Assembly (NCBI GenBank): GCA_964486995.1
Contig: CAZAOV010000008.1
Location: forward strand, 1-54,265
Reading direction: 5' to 3'
From: an uncultured Gammaproteobacteria bacterium
GTDB lineage: Bacteria > Patescibacteriota > Patescibacteriia > SG8-24
Length of the DNA stretch: 54,265 nucleotides
Shown here: one piece after another, positions 10,987-23,002 of the stretch
Position numbering within the stretch: the first letter of the stretch is position 1
How the letters are laid out: every line of letters starts with the position of its first letter
Notes under the pieces: model-generated
What the model was told of the DNA's origin: nothing
What the model saw: the letters and a program-made list of their open reading frames with translations, nothing else
The model's database searches: none
Made by a program: the position numbers and the translations under genes

Positions 10987-11280
10987 TTATTCGAATACCG
11001 CCTTAACCTTCAGCATATTATCTTTGCTTTCTGGAAACGAATCAATAATTCCGGCACGAACATCTTCGGCACACGCCACAGGTTCATCCTCGCGCAGAAC
11101 GTTTTTGACCGGAATGCTATGACTCATTGGTTCTGTATCCTGCGTATCTACCTCGGATAACTTGCCAACGTATTCCAAAATAGTGGAAAGCTGTTCGCGA
11201 AACGATGAATGTTCCTCTTCATTTAGCTCCAAACGAGCTAGCTCCGCGATTTTATCGACTTCTTCTTGGGTTAATGACAT
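10987..11280 (-). CDS. gatC: Asp/Glu-tRNA amidotransferase subunit C
   Basis: IAELARL, NVLREDE, FPE...LKVKAV; directly upstream of gatA. Confidence 0.96.
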   Translation of the reverse strand: MSLTQEEVDKIAELARLELNEEEHSSFREQLSTILEYVGKLSEVDTQDTEPMSHSIPVKNVLREDEPVACAEDVRAGIIDSFPESKDNMLKVKAVFE

Positions 11281-11294
11281 ATCGATTCTTAGTA

Positions 11295-13435
<2,141 letters not shown>

Positions 13436-13448
13436 TTGGAAATTATTA

Positions 13449-14282
13449 TCACGGACAACTTACCGGTCTGCCCTTAACTAACGAGCATTCACTAAATAAT
13501 ACAAAATCAAATATCCCGGATAGCGGCGCCCCGCGAGGCATGGTCGCAATCAATCGTCGGCTTGAATTTGAGAATCGGCCCATGAAATCAATTACCACTT
13601 GTCCGGGCAGCGGCTGGGGATTGTTCGCCGCGTCATAAGCGCGTATCTCCACGTTCTCGAGCGGCTGATCTTTGGCGCGCAACCGCAACTTGTATAATGT
13701 ATTCGGAGTTAACGATAAATTTGCCGTACCGCCGACAAATTCAAACGTATTCTCGTACCGAGCCGAATCCTCTTCCCACACCACCTGACCACCATGAGCC
13801 CACTTTACAAGGTAAGCGCGCAAAACCGAACATCCGCCGCATAAATCCGACCAGGCAACCTCTATGCGAGTGATGTTGGATTGACCAAAGTCGGACGGCG
13901 CGTCCGGGTTGAATAAATTAACCTCCTCAAAGCCGTAGGAATCTATATCAGTGTAAACAATTTCCGTTGTTCCGGTGATATCACCCCACCACTTCGACTG
14001 ATTAGCCAGCAATCGAGCATCGTCCGCGTCATATGATGGCGGAATATTGCCGGTCTTGCGTGCGTTGTAGATTGCTTCCTCGACCCCGGATTCTGCCGCA
14101 TAGTAAGCCAAAACCGCACCATCGGAAATCCTCGTCTGCTGCAACATGTCCAATATAATCGTCCCCAAGCCAATGGAACCGATTACAACCGAGGACATTA
14201 TCAGAAGAGCGAAAAGCAGCACCGCACCAATTTGATTCGGCGTAGACTTGTGCTGACGTTTATGCCAATTTTTGTGCGTCAT
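13449..14282 (-). CDS. PilX-like minor pilin
   Basis: G|AVLLFALL hydrophobic helix without Glu5; AYYAAESGVEEA motif of PilX N-termini. Confidence 0.8.
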   Translation of the reverse strand: MTHKNWHKRQHKSTPNQIGAVLLFALLIMSSVVIGSIGLGTIILDMLQQTRISDGAVLAYYAAESGVEEAIYNARKTGNIPPSYDADDARLLANQSKWWGDITGTTEIVYTDIDSYGFEEVNLFNPDAPSDFGQSNITRIEVAWSDLCGGCSVLRAYLVKWAHGGQVVWEEDSARYENTFEFVGGTANLSLTPNTLYKLRLRAKDQPLENVEIRAYDAANNPQPLPGQVVIDFMGRFSNSSRRLIATMPRGAPLSGIFDFVLFSECSLVKGRPVSCP

Positions 14283-14284
14283 AT

Positions 14285-14923
14285 CTATCTAGCGTAGATC
14301 CTACTCGTGGCCGTGGTCTGTAAATCCAAATAAGTTCGCTCACCCGACTTTCGACCCACACTCTCCAGTGCCAACAAAATAGTTACCGACGGCTGTACGT
14401 CAGAACTATAGCCAGTTGTTGGATCGAAAGCCGTTGGATTCTCGTCGGGGCTGATGAAAAAATGGGCCGACTGCACTTTTACGCCGCGCGGACTTAACGG
14501 TGCCGGATCATACGAACCGACCTTTACTAGCAGGCAGGGACGGCTTTGCTCATCAAGACAGAACTGTTGATTGGTCTGGTCACTCTCAAAAAATCTAATT
14601 GGCATTTCCTCGCTATCTATGAGGGCCAACTCTCGCTCCTGCTGCTGAAGTCCGGGCTCCCGTTGGGCGTAATAATCATAATCAATCATGCCGGTACGTA
14701 TTTCGCGCACCATGGCCTCGATCGTAAAGCGCGAACTGGCTTGCATGGCCTGTAAATCAAAAATCTTCCGCTGACTGCGGCTGGCCATCATGAAAATGTC
14801 AGATGCGGTTACGATCAGCATCACGAAAACGGTAACGGCGACCAACATTTCCATTAGCGTAAATCCGTGCGCGCCGGAAGATGCGATTCGTCTTTTCTTA
14901 ATTGTATTTCCTATATTATTCAT
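14285..14923 (-). CDS. Minor pilin (PilW/PulJ-like)
   Basis: Class III signal G|FTLMEMLVAV; MVREIR; start overlaps the upstream stop. Confidence 0.88.
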   Translation of the reverse strand: MNNIGNTIKKRRIASSGAHGFTLMEMLVAVTVFVMLIVTASDIFMMASRSQRKIFDLQAMQASSRFTIEAMVREIRTGMIDYDYYAQREPGLQQQERELALIDSEEMPIRFFESDQTNQQFCLDEQSRPCLLVKVGSYDPAPLSPRGVKVQSAHFFISPDENPTAFDPTTGYSSDVQPSVTILLALESVGRKSGERTYLDLQTTATSRIYAR

Positions 14924-15579
14924 CGCCAATCAAACATTCTTTCAATGACGTGCACTTGATATTCCCCTCCGCCCGGGCGATCCCACCGCACATGCGAATT
15001 AACCTCGAAACCGACGTTTTCTGTTCCAGCGGGACACGGCTGTGAATCGCTGTACAGATTATAATCTATAAAGTTAGCTGTGCTTCCGGCTGGATTACTG
15101 CAAAGTTTTTTGAGATTGATGAGTCGCCGAAATCTCGTTGCCACGGTGCCGTCAGGCTGTACAGCGGCTTGACGATAAAGCCCAACAGGAGCGCCCCCTT
15201 CGATCACAGTTTGCTTATACACCCTCACTTTGTCCTCATCCCAATCTGTATCGCCAAAATCCAATTGCCAAATGCTGGTCTCGGGATCAAATGTAGGAAT
15301 ACTATTTAAAATATAGCCCGGACCGATAATATTCTCGTCATAATCCCGGCCAGCCAACCAATTAGAGTCTCGAATCTGACGCACCACTTCGATACTCTCA
15401 CGCGCCAAACTATAAGCCACGATCTGTTCCTCACTGGACTTAGCGCCATTAATTGAGCTTTGAACCAGCGTTAGCGCGGCGCTGACTGCAGTCACAATAA
15501 TACCCGAAGCCACGATGGCCTCGAGCATGCTTTGTCCGCCACTTCCTCGCAAATATCTATTGTGTCTGACTAACTTCAT
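14920..15579 (-). CDS. Minor pilin (PilV-like)
   Basis: G|QSMLEAIVA; LARESIEVVRQIRDSNW; C-terminal DWR. Confidence 0.85.
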   Translation of the reverse strand: MKLVRHNRYLRGSGGQSMLEAIVASGIIVTAVSAALTLVQSSINGAKSSEEQIVAYSLARESIEVVRQIRDSNWLAGRDYDENIIGPGYILNSIPTFDPETSIWQLDFGDTDWDEDKVRVYKQTVIEGGAPVGLYRQAAVQPDGTVATRFRRLINLKKLCSNPAGSTANFIDYNLYSDSQPCPAGTENVGFEVNSHVRWDRPGGGEYQVHVIERMFDWR

Positions 15580-16212
15580 TTAATCTACGCTGATTAACCC
15601 GGAAACGCGATTTATGGTAATGACTGCTATATCGTTGGTGTTGGCATGCTTTAACTCTACGGTCGCGATGCCATCGGCAATCGTACCGTTAAAACTCAAT
15701 ACTGGCTTAGGTGGAGTAAACACGATGTCCAGCTCGTTCACATCAGCTGGCGAAACACTAGCCAATTCGACAAACGGTCCTGGAGATATCGAATCAAACC
15801 GAAGCGCCTCGCCGTCATCGTAACGTTGGTTATCGTTGATATCCGCAAATATTCGTACTTCGCGGTTCAAACCAGAAGCCGCAGAAATATTAATTCCATA
15901 AGCCGGCGGAATCGCCGGTTCGCAAGTACCGCCATTGCAATCAGCATCTTCCCCTGATAGACACAATTTTCCTTCTTCGTTTCCTCCGTGACACATGTTG
16001 ACTTCGTATCCGGCAACGGTTTGCGTACGCGCTCGACGAATAAATGAAGCCACCTGTCTCGCACTTAGTCGCAATTCATCTCCCTGTTGACCAGCTCGGA
16101 AATTAGCCATAGCGAAAGCGGTGATTATGCCAAAAATAGACAATGAAATTAGCATTTCTACCATGGTAAAGCCGCGTCGCCTGTTTTCACTTGACCGATG
16201 AGAAAGCGACAT
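15580..16212 (-). CDS. Minor pilin (FimT/FimU/GspH-like) with small Cys-rich insert
   Basis: G|FTMVEMLISL; C-terminal ITINRVSGLI; insert CHGG...LC...DCNGGTC. Confidence 0.87.
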   Translation of the reverse strand: MSLSHRSSENRRRGFTMVEMLISLSIFGIITAFAMANFRAGQQGDELRLSARQVASFIRRARTQTVAGYEVNMCHGGNEEGKLCLSGEDADCNGGTCEPAIPPAYGINISAASGLNREVRIFADINDNQRYDDGEALRFDSISPGPFVELASVSPADVNELDIVFTPPKPVLSFNGTIADGIATVELKHANTNDIAVITINRVSGLISVD

Positions 16213-16213
16213 A

Positions 16214-16996
16214 TTACAGAAGGCCAAAATACCATTTAGTTATTTCACTGCCGTATAGCAAGACCATAACCGTTGCTGCCGCTAAAAAAGTCCCAAAAGG
16301 CAATTCGCTTTTCCAACCCTTTCGTCGCAGGCTCAACAGTAATATACCTATCACCGCACCAAAAATATAGGCTAAAAACATCGCCACTAGCACGTACGGA
16401 TAACCAAGCGCAGCCCCCATTAAGACACCGAGATGAACATCGCCGCCACCTATCCATTTTCCGTGCGATAAGACGCGCTGCAGCCAGAAAAAACCGGCAC
16501 AAACTAAGATGCCAAGCCCCAACCGCCAGAACTCAACTCCTAGCGCTAAGTTTGCGGCAAGAGCGATTGCAGCGGCCGGCAAAGTGACTGAACGCAGTAT
16601 CAGCATATATTTTAAATCAAACACGAAAACAACGGCCAAAATTGCAATCAAATACCAACTCAGAAGCAGGTTGGCCAGCGCCATCGCAGGAATTGCGGCT
16701 AAACCAGGCTCAAAAAATCTTAGTGCAGCTAGCAAAAACAAAATCCCGACCGTGAGTTCGACTATAAAATAGGATGGGTTAATTTTTTTGGCACAGTACC
16801 GACACTTACCGAGTAACGCTAAATAGCTCAACATGGGAATTAAATCCAGCGGCGATAAAATATGTCGGCAGTGCGGACAATAGGATCGCCCCGATACAAA
16901 ACTTTCCTTGGTTCGGAGTCGCCAAACAACGGCATTTAAAAAGCTGCCGACAACCGTTCCGAATACGAAAATGAAGACCTGAAGCATTATGGTCAT
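16214..16996 (-). CDS. pilD: Prepilin peptidase/N-methyltransferase (A24)
   Basis: GSFLN, RSYCPHC...GKCRYC, FDLKY, GGGDVHL, LPFGTFL; start uncertain among nearby Met codons. Confidence 0.95.
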   Translation of the reverse strand: MTIMLQVFIFVFGTVVGSFLNAVVWRLRTKESFVSGRSYCPHCRHILSPLDLIPMLSYLALLGKCRYCAKKINPSYFIVELTVGILFLLAALRFFEPGLAAIPAMALANLLLSWYLIAILAVVFVFDLKYMLILRSVTLPAAAIALAANLALGVEFWRLGLGILVCAGFFWLQRVLSHGKWIGGGDVHLGVLMGAALGYPYVLVAMFLAYIFGAVIGILLLSLRRKGWKSELPFGTFLAAATVMVLLYGSEITKWYFGLL

Positions 16997-17121
16997 ATAC
17001 ATCAATATAGCACGAATATGACATAGCGAGTAACTCATCACCCCACATAAATCCAGCCGATACGGTCGTAAAAAATTACAAGAAGTAGAAGGGCTTGAAA
17101 AAGCAAAAAACACGGAAATAA

Positions 17122-17156
17122 TAGCAAAGCATCCTGTGACTACAGGATGCTTTGCA
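17122..17156 (-). terminator. Strong hairpin after the major pilin gene (terminator or mRNA stabiliser)
   Basis: GCAAAGCATCCTGT-gact-ACAGGATGCTTTGC perfect 14-bp stem. Confidence 0.7.
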
Positions 17157-17225
17157 TTTTGCCGAATTCGGCTACGAATCTGCCCTGAGTGATTTTATGT
17201 CACTGCAGGACAAAAGCGAAGCTCT

Positions 17226-17690
17226 TTATTGAGTGATGCCGTTTGGATTGGCAGTCGCAGTACCCGACTCCAAATCACCAACAGATCCACCGAGACAGAA
17301 CTCCAATGTGTATGAAGTACCACTGCCGACCTGGGTATATGAGTAAGCGGCTTCAGCCTCTGTTCCGCAACCGTCTGTTGGCAGAGGGTTGGCTGGGACG
17401 AGACCCATGTAAGTTGTTCCGGTGGAACAGGACGTTGCCCATCCACTAGAACACAGAGCGGCACAGCTACCGGCACCCAAAACTGCACAGTCGCCCGGAT
17501 AGCCATTCTGATCTGCGAAGTACAGCTCGAGAGCGGTCTGAACCTGCTTTATGTCAGCGACACGCTTTGAGTCACGTGACTTCTGACGGGCGCTGTTTAA
17601 GGCGACCACAGCCAGAGTTGACAGCAGACCGATGATTGCGATAACCACCAGTAGCTCGATGAGAGTAAAACCCTTGTTAGATTTGCGCAT
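17226..17690 (-). CDS. Major type IV pilin (PilA/GspG-like)
   Basis: MRKSNKG|FTLIELLVVIAIIGLL; SRDSKRVADIKQVQTALELY; six Cys; strong RBS AAGGAGGT. Confidence 0.93.
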   Translation of the reverse strand: MRKSNKGFTLIELLVVIAIIGLLSTLAVVALNSARQKSRDSKRVADIKQVQTALELYFADQNGYPGDCAVLGAGSCAALCSSGWATSCSTGTTYMGLVPANPLPTDGCGTEAEAAYSYTQVGSGTSYTLEFCLGGSVGDLESGTATANPNGITQ

Positions 17691-17766
17691 ATTGCACCTC
17701 CTTTCATGGTTAGAATTTCCTCCAGACGTCTGGAGATAACGCGCAGTTAATCCACACGTTAAATTA

Positions 17767-17775
17767 ATTATACCA
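17767..17775 (-). promoter_or_regulatory. Extended -10 promoter (TGgTATAAT) for the major pilin
   Basis: TGTGGTATAAT about 77 nt upstream of the ATG; 16-bp palindrome CTCCAGACGTCTGGAG (17720-17735) in the leader. Confidence 0.6.
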
Positions 17776-17881
17776 CATTTAGCCTAGATAACATGATTCT
17801 ACGGTGTACAACCATGTCCAATTAGGGCTTGCAGTCTTCAATGTGCAACATCCATAATGTTACACGCTGAAGCTCAAAAAC

Positions 17882-19090
17882 CTAGAATTGGCTCGCCAAA
17901 CTATACATAGGCAGCATGATGGCCGCTACCATTATCCCAACTGCGGCCCCCATGATCATCATGATTAGTGGTTCTATTGCGTGCACCAGATTGGACACCA
18001 TGTTGGACAACTCACGCGAATAGAAGGCGGTCAAACGATCTAGTACCTCAGACAAACGACCAGTTTCTTCTCCGACAGATATCATCTGAGGCACCATTTT
18101 CGGCATGGATTTATCGCGTACGATTACGGTAGTCAAAGCGTTACCATCCGTTACTTCTTTCTTTGTCTCCAATAGCTGATGGCGGTAGTAGGCATTGCCT
18201 ACTACCTCTGCACAGATATCCAAACTGCTAGGAATATCCACGCCACCAGTCATCATAGTGCCAAAACTCTGCGTAAAGCGCACGACATAAATACGCTGAA
18301 GCAGTGGACCAAAAATTGGAATCTTGAGTTTGTATTTATCCCAAAGCATCCGTCCGGTATCAGTGCTTGTCCACCAACGGAACGCTATTAAGCCGATACC
18401 GGCTACAACGAGCATCTGAACCCAGTAGGCCTGAAAAAAGCCGCTCACCGCAATTAACAAATTTGTTGTCCAGGGGAGTTCAGCCCCTGATTGGGTCAAG
18501 GTTTCTGTGAGCTTTGGTACTACAAAAGTCATCATGATGAAACCGACGATAACCAAACCGACAATAACAAAAATGGGATAAATCATGGCGCCACGAATGC
18601 GCTGATTCAGGTCATAGTCCTTTTCCATTTGGTCTGCCAGATAATTCATCACGTCTTCCAGTTTGCCCGTTGTTTCGCCAGAGCGAATCATGTGAATAAA
18701 AAACTGCGAAAACGCCTTCGGGTATTGTTCCATGGCGTTCGACAACGCCGAACCAGCCTCAACATCATCAGCCACTTCTATGAGTATCTTTTGCAGTCGT
18801 GGATTGCGAGTCTGGTTTGCCACGGTCTGAATCGATTGAACCAGCGGCACAGAGGCTCCCATCAAGACCGAAAACTGACGTGAGAAAATAACGGTATCCT
18901 TAATTGGAATCTTATTCAGGAAAGGTAGTTCCAATTCCAGGATACTCGCCTTCTTGGCTGCCTCTAGCGAAACTACAAAAAATCCCCTGTCACGCAGGGT
19001 GTCCATGGCAATTTCTTGGTTTGGTGCTTCGATTACACCTGTAATCGCCTTACCCTCGGTGGTACGGACACGATAATCAAATCTCGGCAT
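17882..19090 (-). CDS. pilC: Type IV pilus platform protein (GspF/PilC)
   Basis: FSRQFSVL, GETTGKLE, AMIYP, VGEETG, IEPLIM, AIMLPMY. Confidence 0.95.
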   Translation of the reverse strand: MPRFDYRVRTTEGKAITGVIEAPNQEIAMDTLRDRGFFVVSLEAAKKASILELELPFLNKIPIKDTVIFSRQFSVLMGASVPLVQSIQTVANQTRNPRLQKILIEVADDVEAGSALSNAMEQYPKAFSQFFIHMIRSGETTGKLEDVMNYLADQMEKDYDLNQRIRGAMIYPIFVIVGLVIVGFIMMTFVVPKLTETLTQSGAELPWTTNLLIAVSGFFQAYWVQMLVVAGIGLIAFRWWTSTDTGRMLWDKYKLKIPIFGPLLQRIYVVRFTQSFGTMMTGGVDIPSSLDICAEVVGNAYYRHQLLETKKEVTDGNALTTVIVRDKSMPKMVPQMISVGEETGRLSEVLDRLTAFYSRELSNMVSNLVHAIEPLIMMIMGAAVGIMVAAIMLPMYSLASQF

Positions 19091-19135
19091 GGTTGTGATA
19101 GCAAGTGTTTATTCAGCGCGAACGCCGACCATATG

Positions 19136-19528
19136 CTATTTATCCATTTTAAGGACGCTCTTAATTTTATCGACCGCTTCAGCCGGCACAAAATGTGCTT
19201 TAATCAAATAATCCTCGGCGCCGTCCTGTAGCGCCTGCTCAATATCTTCTTTCTGACCTAAATTGGTCAGCATAATAACCGGAATATCCTTGGTGTTGAC
19301 GTCAACTTTAAGACGCTTGAGAGTTTCGAAGCCGTCGAGCTTGGGCATCAAGACATCCAAAAGGATTATTGCCGGCTTTTCTTCAGTCGCCTTTTTTAAA
19401 CCTTCTTCGCCATCCCGAGCGGTTAAAACCTGAAACCCCTCCAATTCAAGCTTGGTGGCATAAATACTGGAGAGAAACGAGTCATCGTCAACGATGAGAA
19501 CTTTAAATTTTCCGCCTTTATCAGTCAT
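19136..19528 (-). CDS. Single-domain response regulator (CheY/PilH-like)
   Basis: VLIVDDD, LLDVLMP, MLTN, YLIK receiver motifs; no output domain. Confidence 0.93.
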   Translation of the reverse strand: MTDKGGKFKVLIVDDDSFLSSIYATKLELEGFQVLTARDGEEGLKKATEEKPAIILLDVLMPKLDGFETLKRLKVDVNTKDIPVIMLTNLGQKEDIEQALQDGAEDYLIKAHFVPAEAVDKIKSVLKMDK

Positions 19529-19550
19529 ATGTTTTTTGGTAAGTAAGCGT

Positions 19551-21299
19551 CTATTCTGAAGTTATGCGCATAACCTCCTCAATTGTAGTGAAACCTTCAA
19601 GCGCTTTCAACAAGGCATCTTGCCTAATATTAATTAGTCGCTGTCCTTTGATGATTGCTCTCACCTTCTCTGCGTCAAAACCATTGGCAATCAAATCTCT
19701 CAGTTGGTCATTATACTCAATAACTTCGGCCACCGCTACACGCCCTACATATCCGGTATCCTGACAGCGAAGACAACCACGCCCCTTATAAAATACTGGC
19801 GGACCATCTTTTGACAGACCGACTTCCTCAAAATACTCATCGGGAATTTCCTGTATCTCTTTGCTCACCTGTTCTATCACATCTGGCGGAACTTCTACAG
19901 GCGCCTTGCAACGTTCGCATAATTTACGCGCCAAACGCTGGGCGATGGCTATGTTCATTGTTGCGCTCAACAAAAATGGCTCAAGATGCATGTCAACTAG
20001 GCGCGGCACTACACCCAGAGCATCATTGGTATGTAACGTTGAAAAAATTAAATGGCCAGTCAGTGCGGCATGCACCGCCAACTCACCCGTCTCACCATCA
20101 CGAATTTCGCCAACCATTATAATATTCGGGTCTTGTCTTAACAGGGCGCGCAACCCACTCGCAAACGTAAAGCCGACTTCTGGTCTAACCTGTGACTGAT
20201 TTACGCCCTTAATTTGATACTCAACCGGATCCTCCAACGTAGAGATATTTACCCCCTCTTCATTACGCATATTCAGAATGGTGAAGAGGGTGGTCGATTT
20301 ACCAGAACCGGTCGGACCGGTAATTAAAAACATTCCGTGTGGATGTCGAATCTGCTGCTCAATAATTTTTACATAGCGTGGCCTGAAACCAAGATGGGTT
20401 AACTTCGGTACGCCTTGATTGGTGTCCAAAATACGCATCACCACCTTCTCGGTTCCAGTCAGAGGCAGTGTCGATACACGAAAATCGATTACCTTATCGC
20501 CAATAGTATCACGAATGCGTCCGTCCTGCGGTATTCTAGTTTCATCCAGTTTCATGTCAGACAAGACTTTGATACGTGAAACTATGGAGGGGTGAATATA
20601 CTTTGGCAATGAAATTGAAGTTCTAAGTACTCCATCGACTCTATAGCGAACTCGAGATTCATCACCGTAAGGCTCAATATGAATATCCGATGCGCCACCC
20701 TCTACCGCATGCCTCAAAATAACCGACACTATTCGTGAAACCGGCGCCCCCTTGATTACCTCTTCTATTCGCTCCTCCTGCTGTAAGTCGGTTTTCTCTT
20801 CCGGGCCTTCGTACTTTTCCTTGGCTACCTCAAGCGCCACCGCAACCTCCTCGCCAATTTTTTTATAGAGTTTGTAAGCGCTGTTGAAAGATGCTTTTGA
20901 AATTATAAAATAGTGCGGCTTAAACTTTCTGGTTCGGGCCAAGAAATCAATCGCCTGCACGGCGCGCATGTCACGCGGATTAACCATGCCGATATTCACG
21001 CCGTCTCCGTCACGCTCAAAGGCGATGGCCTGATTGGTATCCGAAACTTCGCGCGGGATTAAATTCAACACTTCCAGCTCGATTTTTTTACCGACTAAAT
21101 CAAAATAGGGCACGCCCAAAATCGTTCCCCCGGCTTTCGTCAGCAACTCATCATCGATGATGTTCTTTTCTGCAATCAGCTCATCGTAAGGTCTGCCGCT
21201 TATCTTATGCTCTTCGACCAGCTCATTATGCTGACTTTCGTCAATCTTCCCCGCTTCGAGCAAGACATCTAATAATTGTGTGTCATTGCCACCAGACAT
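19551..21299 (-). CDS. pilB: Type IV pilus extension ATPase (GspE/PilB)
   Basis: ASDIHIEP, GPTGSGKST, LEDPVEY, LRQDP, GEIRD, TLHTN, Zn CERC/CLRC. Confidence 0.96.
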   Translation of the reverse strand: MSGGNDTQLLDVLLEAGKIDESQHNELVEEHKISGRPYDELIAEKNIIDDELLTKAGGTILGVPYFDLVGKKIELEVLNLIPREVSDTNQAIAFERDGDGVNIGMVNPRDMRAVQAIDFLARTRKFKPHYFIISKASFNSAYKLYKKIGEEVAVALEVAKEKYEGPEEKTDLQQEERIEEVIKGAPVSRIVSVILRHAVEGGASDIHIEPYGDESRVRYRVDGVLRTSISLPKYIHPSIVSRIKVLSDMKLDETRIPQDGRIRDTIGDKVIDFRVSTLPLTGTEKVVMRILDTNQGVPKLTHLGFRPRYVKIIEQQIRHPHGMFLITGPTGSGKSTTLFTILNMRNEEGVNISTLEDPVEYQIKGVNQSQVRPEVGFTFASGLRALLRQDPNIIMVGEIRDGETGELAVHAALTGHLIFSTLHTNDALGVVPRLVDMHLEPFLLSATMNIAIAQRLARKLCERCKAPVEVPPDVIEQVSKEIQEIPDEYFEEVGLSKDGPPVFYKGRGCLRCQDTGYVGRVAVAEVIEYNDQLRDLIANGFDAEKVRAIIKGQRLINIRQDALLKALEGFTTIEEVMRITSE

Positions 21300-21301
21300 A
21301 A

Positions 21302-21592
21302 TTATTGCTCCTCGTCACCCCCAGCGACTGAGGTAACAAAAGGTCTGTCGTTACCAAGCCCCATGGGTCTAACAGGCACAACACCATATTCTTTGAGTCC
21401 TTTATAATCTTCTCTCTTGAAGAGATTTTTGGCACCCTCTATGTCAATCTGGAGCTCAGCTTTCGGCAGATCGATATCAGATCCAAGTATGGCCCTTGGT
21501 TTTAGTTGATCATAATTAAAATAAACTATGACCCCGATAATGCCTACGATGAGCATGGCCAGAAATAAAATTTGTTGCTTTTCCTTTTCCAT
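21302..21592 (-). CDS. Small membrane protein at the PilP position of the pilus operon
   Basis: One TM plus C-terminal G..RPF motif; lies between pilO and pilB. Confidence 0.65.
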   Translation of the reverse strand: MEKEKQQILFLAMLIVGIIGVIVYFNYDQLKPRAILGSDIDLPKAELQIDIEGAKNLFKREDYKGLKEYGVVPVRPMGLGNDRPFVTSVAGGDEEQ

Positions 21593-21603
21593 ACTTTCAG
21601 ATA

Positions 21604-22230
21604 CTAAAAGGCGGGTTGGGGCGGGGGTTCGTTGGTGCCCCGTTTAACCCCCAAGTCATTCGTTATAAAATACGTAGTCAGCATGAGGCTATAGTTTCCA
21701 CTGCCCGCAGAAAACGCAATTGACTGCACGTCGGTAACACGGATCAGACTCTCAAGATCATTTAGAATCTTTAGGAATTCATCGTATGTACCACCAGAAA
21801 AATTCGCCGCCACATTAACCGGAGTAACTCCTTTTCCACCGATTCCGGCTGGATCAACAATCGTGTCGACCGATGAAAGCACCATGCCATTCGCTCTGGC
21901 CACTTCATCCAACTGCACAAACAAGCCTGGAACGTCCTCGCTCGGCGGAAGCATTAAATTAAGCTTATTCTTGTGCGCATCGTTAATCGCCCTATAGTCT
22001 GCTAGCGCATTTTCTAGACGAGCCATATAATTTTCGTCATCCTCGATGCGAGCTTCGAGTGGTTTGACGTCATACTCACCGCCAGTCATGAATTTACCCA
22101 CCTTGGGCATAAACAAAAGCAGGTAGGCCATGGCTGCATACGCCAAAATCAATGCAATCCCAATCAGGGGCATAAATTTCACAATCGGTGACTCTGGTTG
22201 TTTTTTCTTCTTATCAACCATATTATTCAT
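21604..22230 (-). CDS. pilO: PilO-like alignment protein
   Basis: TM, coiled coil, MLP..EDVPGLF, GGTYDEF...LE...R..DV; gene order. Confidence 0.82.
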   Translation of the reverse strand: MNNMVDKKKKQPESPIVKFMPLIGIALILAYAAMAYLLLFMPKVGKFMTGGEYDVKPLEARIEDDENYMARLENALADYRAINDAHKNKLNLMLPPSEDVPGLFVQLDEVARANGMVLSSVDTIVDPAGIGGKGVTPVNVAANFSGGTYDEFLKILNDLESLIRVTDVQSIAFSAGSGNYSLMLTTYFITNDLGVKRGTNEPPPQPAF

Positions 22231-22972
22231 CGTTTTCTTCAGTACCCGTTTCAGCTGGCATGACCCACATATAATCCTCTAGAGTTAAAACCAGGCTGAA
22301 CCCTACCCCATCAATCTCACCGAAGTCATTAAGGCGCGCTGCAGCAGATGTGGTAATCACGTTAGTGACCGCATCATCCTCCTGCCAAGCAACGATTTGC
22401 TCAGCCACATCTCGATAGCTATCGCCAGATGCATCAAGGGCAACGGTTCTGGAGGCAAAGTCACCAGCAAAACTGCTATATGTGACGGTTTTCTTGGTGC
22501 GACTACTCAAATGCTCAAAAAATTTAGTCCACCGCAAATGACCATCTAACAAATCCTCGGCATGCCGAGCCTTGGTGCCCAAAAGTGATACTCGTACGGC
22601 GTCCTCCTCTGCTTCAGCGATTGCCTGCTTCTTGCTTTCAATTATTTTTATGAGTTCAGCGCGACGATTCTGAAAATTTTGCTCCTGATTAACTAGATAC
22701 ACGTAGCCTCCACCAATCAATAAAGTCTCGACCAGCAAAGAGCCAAACAATATGATAAGCCATCTCCTCATCCCTCCACCATCTTCTTCATCACCGGCAG
22801 GCATCAATTGAACCTTCAGCCCGCTTCCGCTAAATCCATCCGAGATGTCATTGGCGGACGCGGATGAAGGTGGCGGAAGTGACGAAGCAGATGTATCAAA
22901 TGCAGAAGCAGGCACCGACGGCGCCTCTCTCTCATTTGCCCCTTGATTTTTCTGACCCGATAAACGGTTCAT
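22223..22972 (-). CDS. pilN: PilN-like alignment protein
   Basis: VQLMP before the TM, coiled coil, H.RWTKFF; between pilM and pilO. Confidence 0.75.
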   Translation of the reverse strand: MNRLSGQKNQGANEREAPSVPASAFDTSASSLPPPSSASANDISDGFSGSGLKVQLMPAGDEEDGGGMRRWLIILFGSLLVETLLIGGGYVYLVNQEQNFQNRRAELIKIIESKKQAIAEAEEDAVRVSLLGTKARHAEDLLDGHLRWTKFFEHLSSRTKKTVTYSSFAGDFASRTVALDASGDSYRDVAEQIVAWQEDDAVTNVITTSAAARLNDFGEIDGVGFSLVLTLEDYMWVMPAETGTEENDE

Positions 22973-23002
22973 AAATAAATATCTGCTAGGAGTCGGAGCA
23001 TT

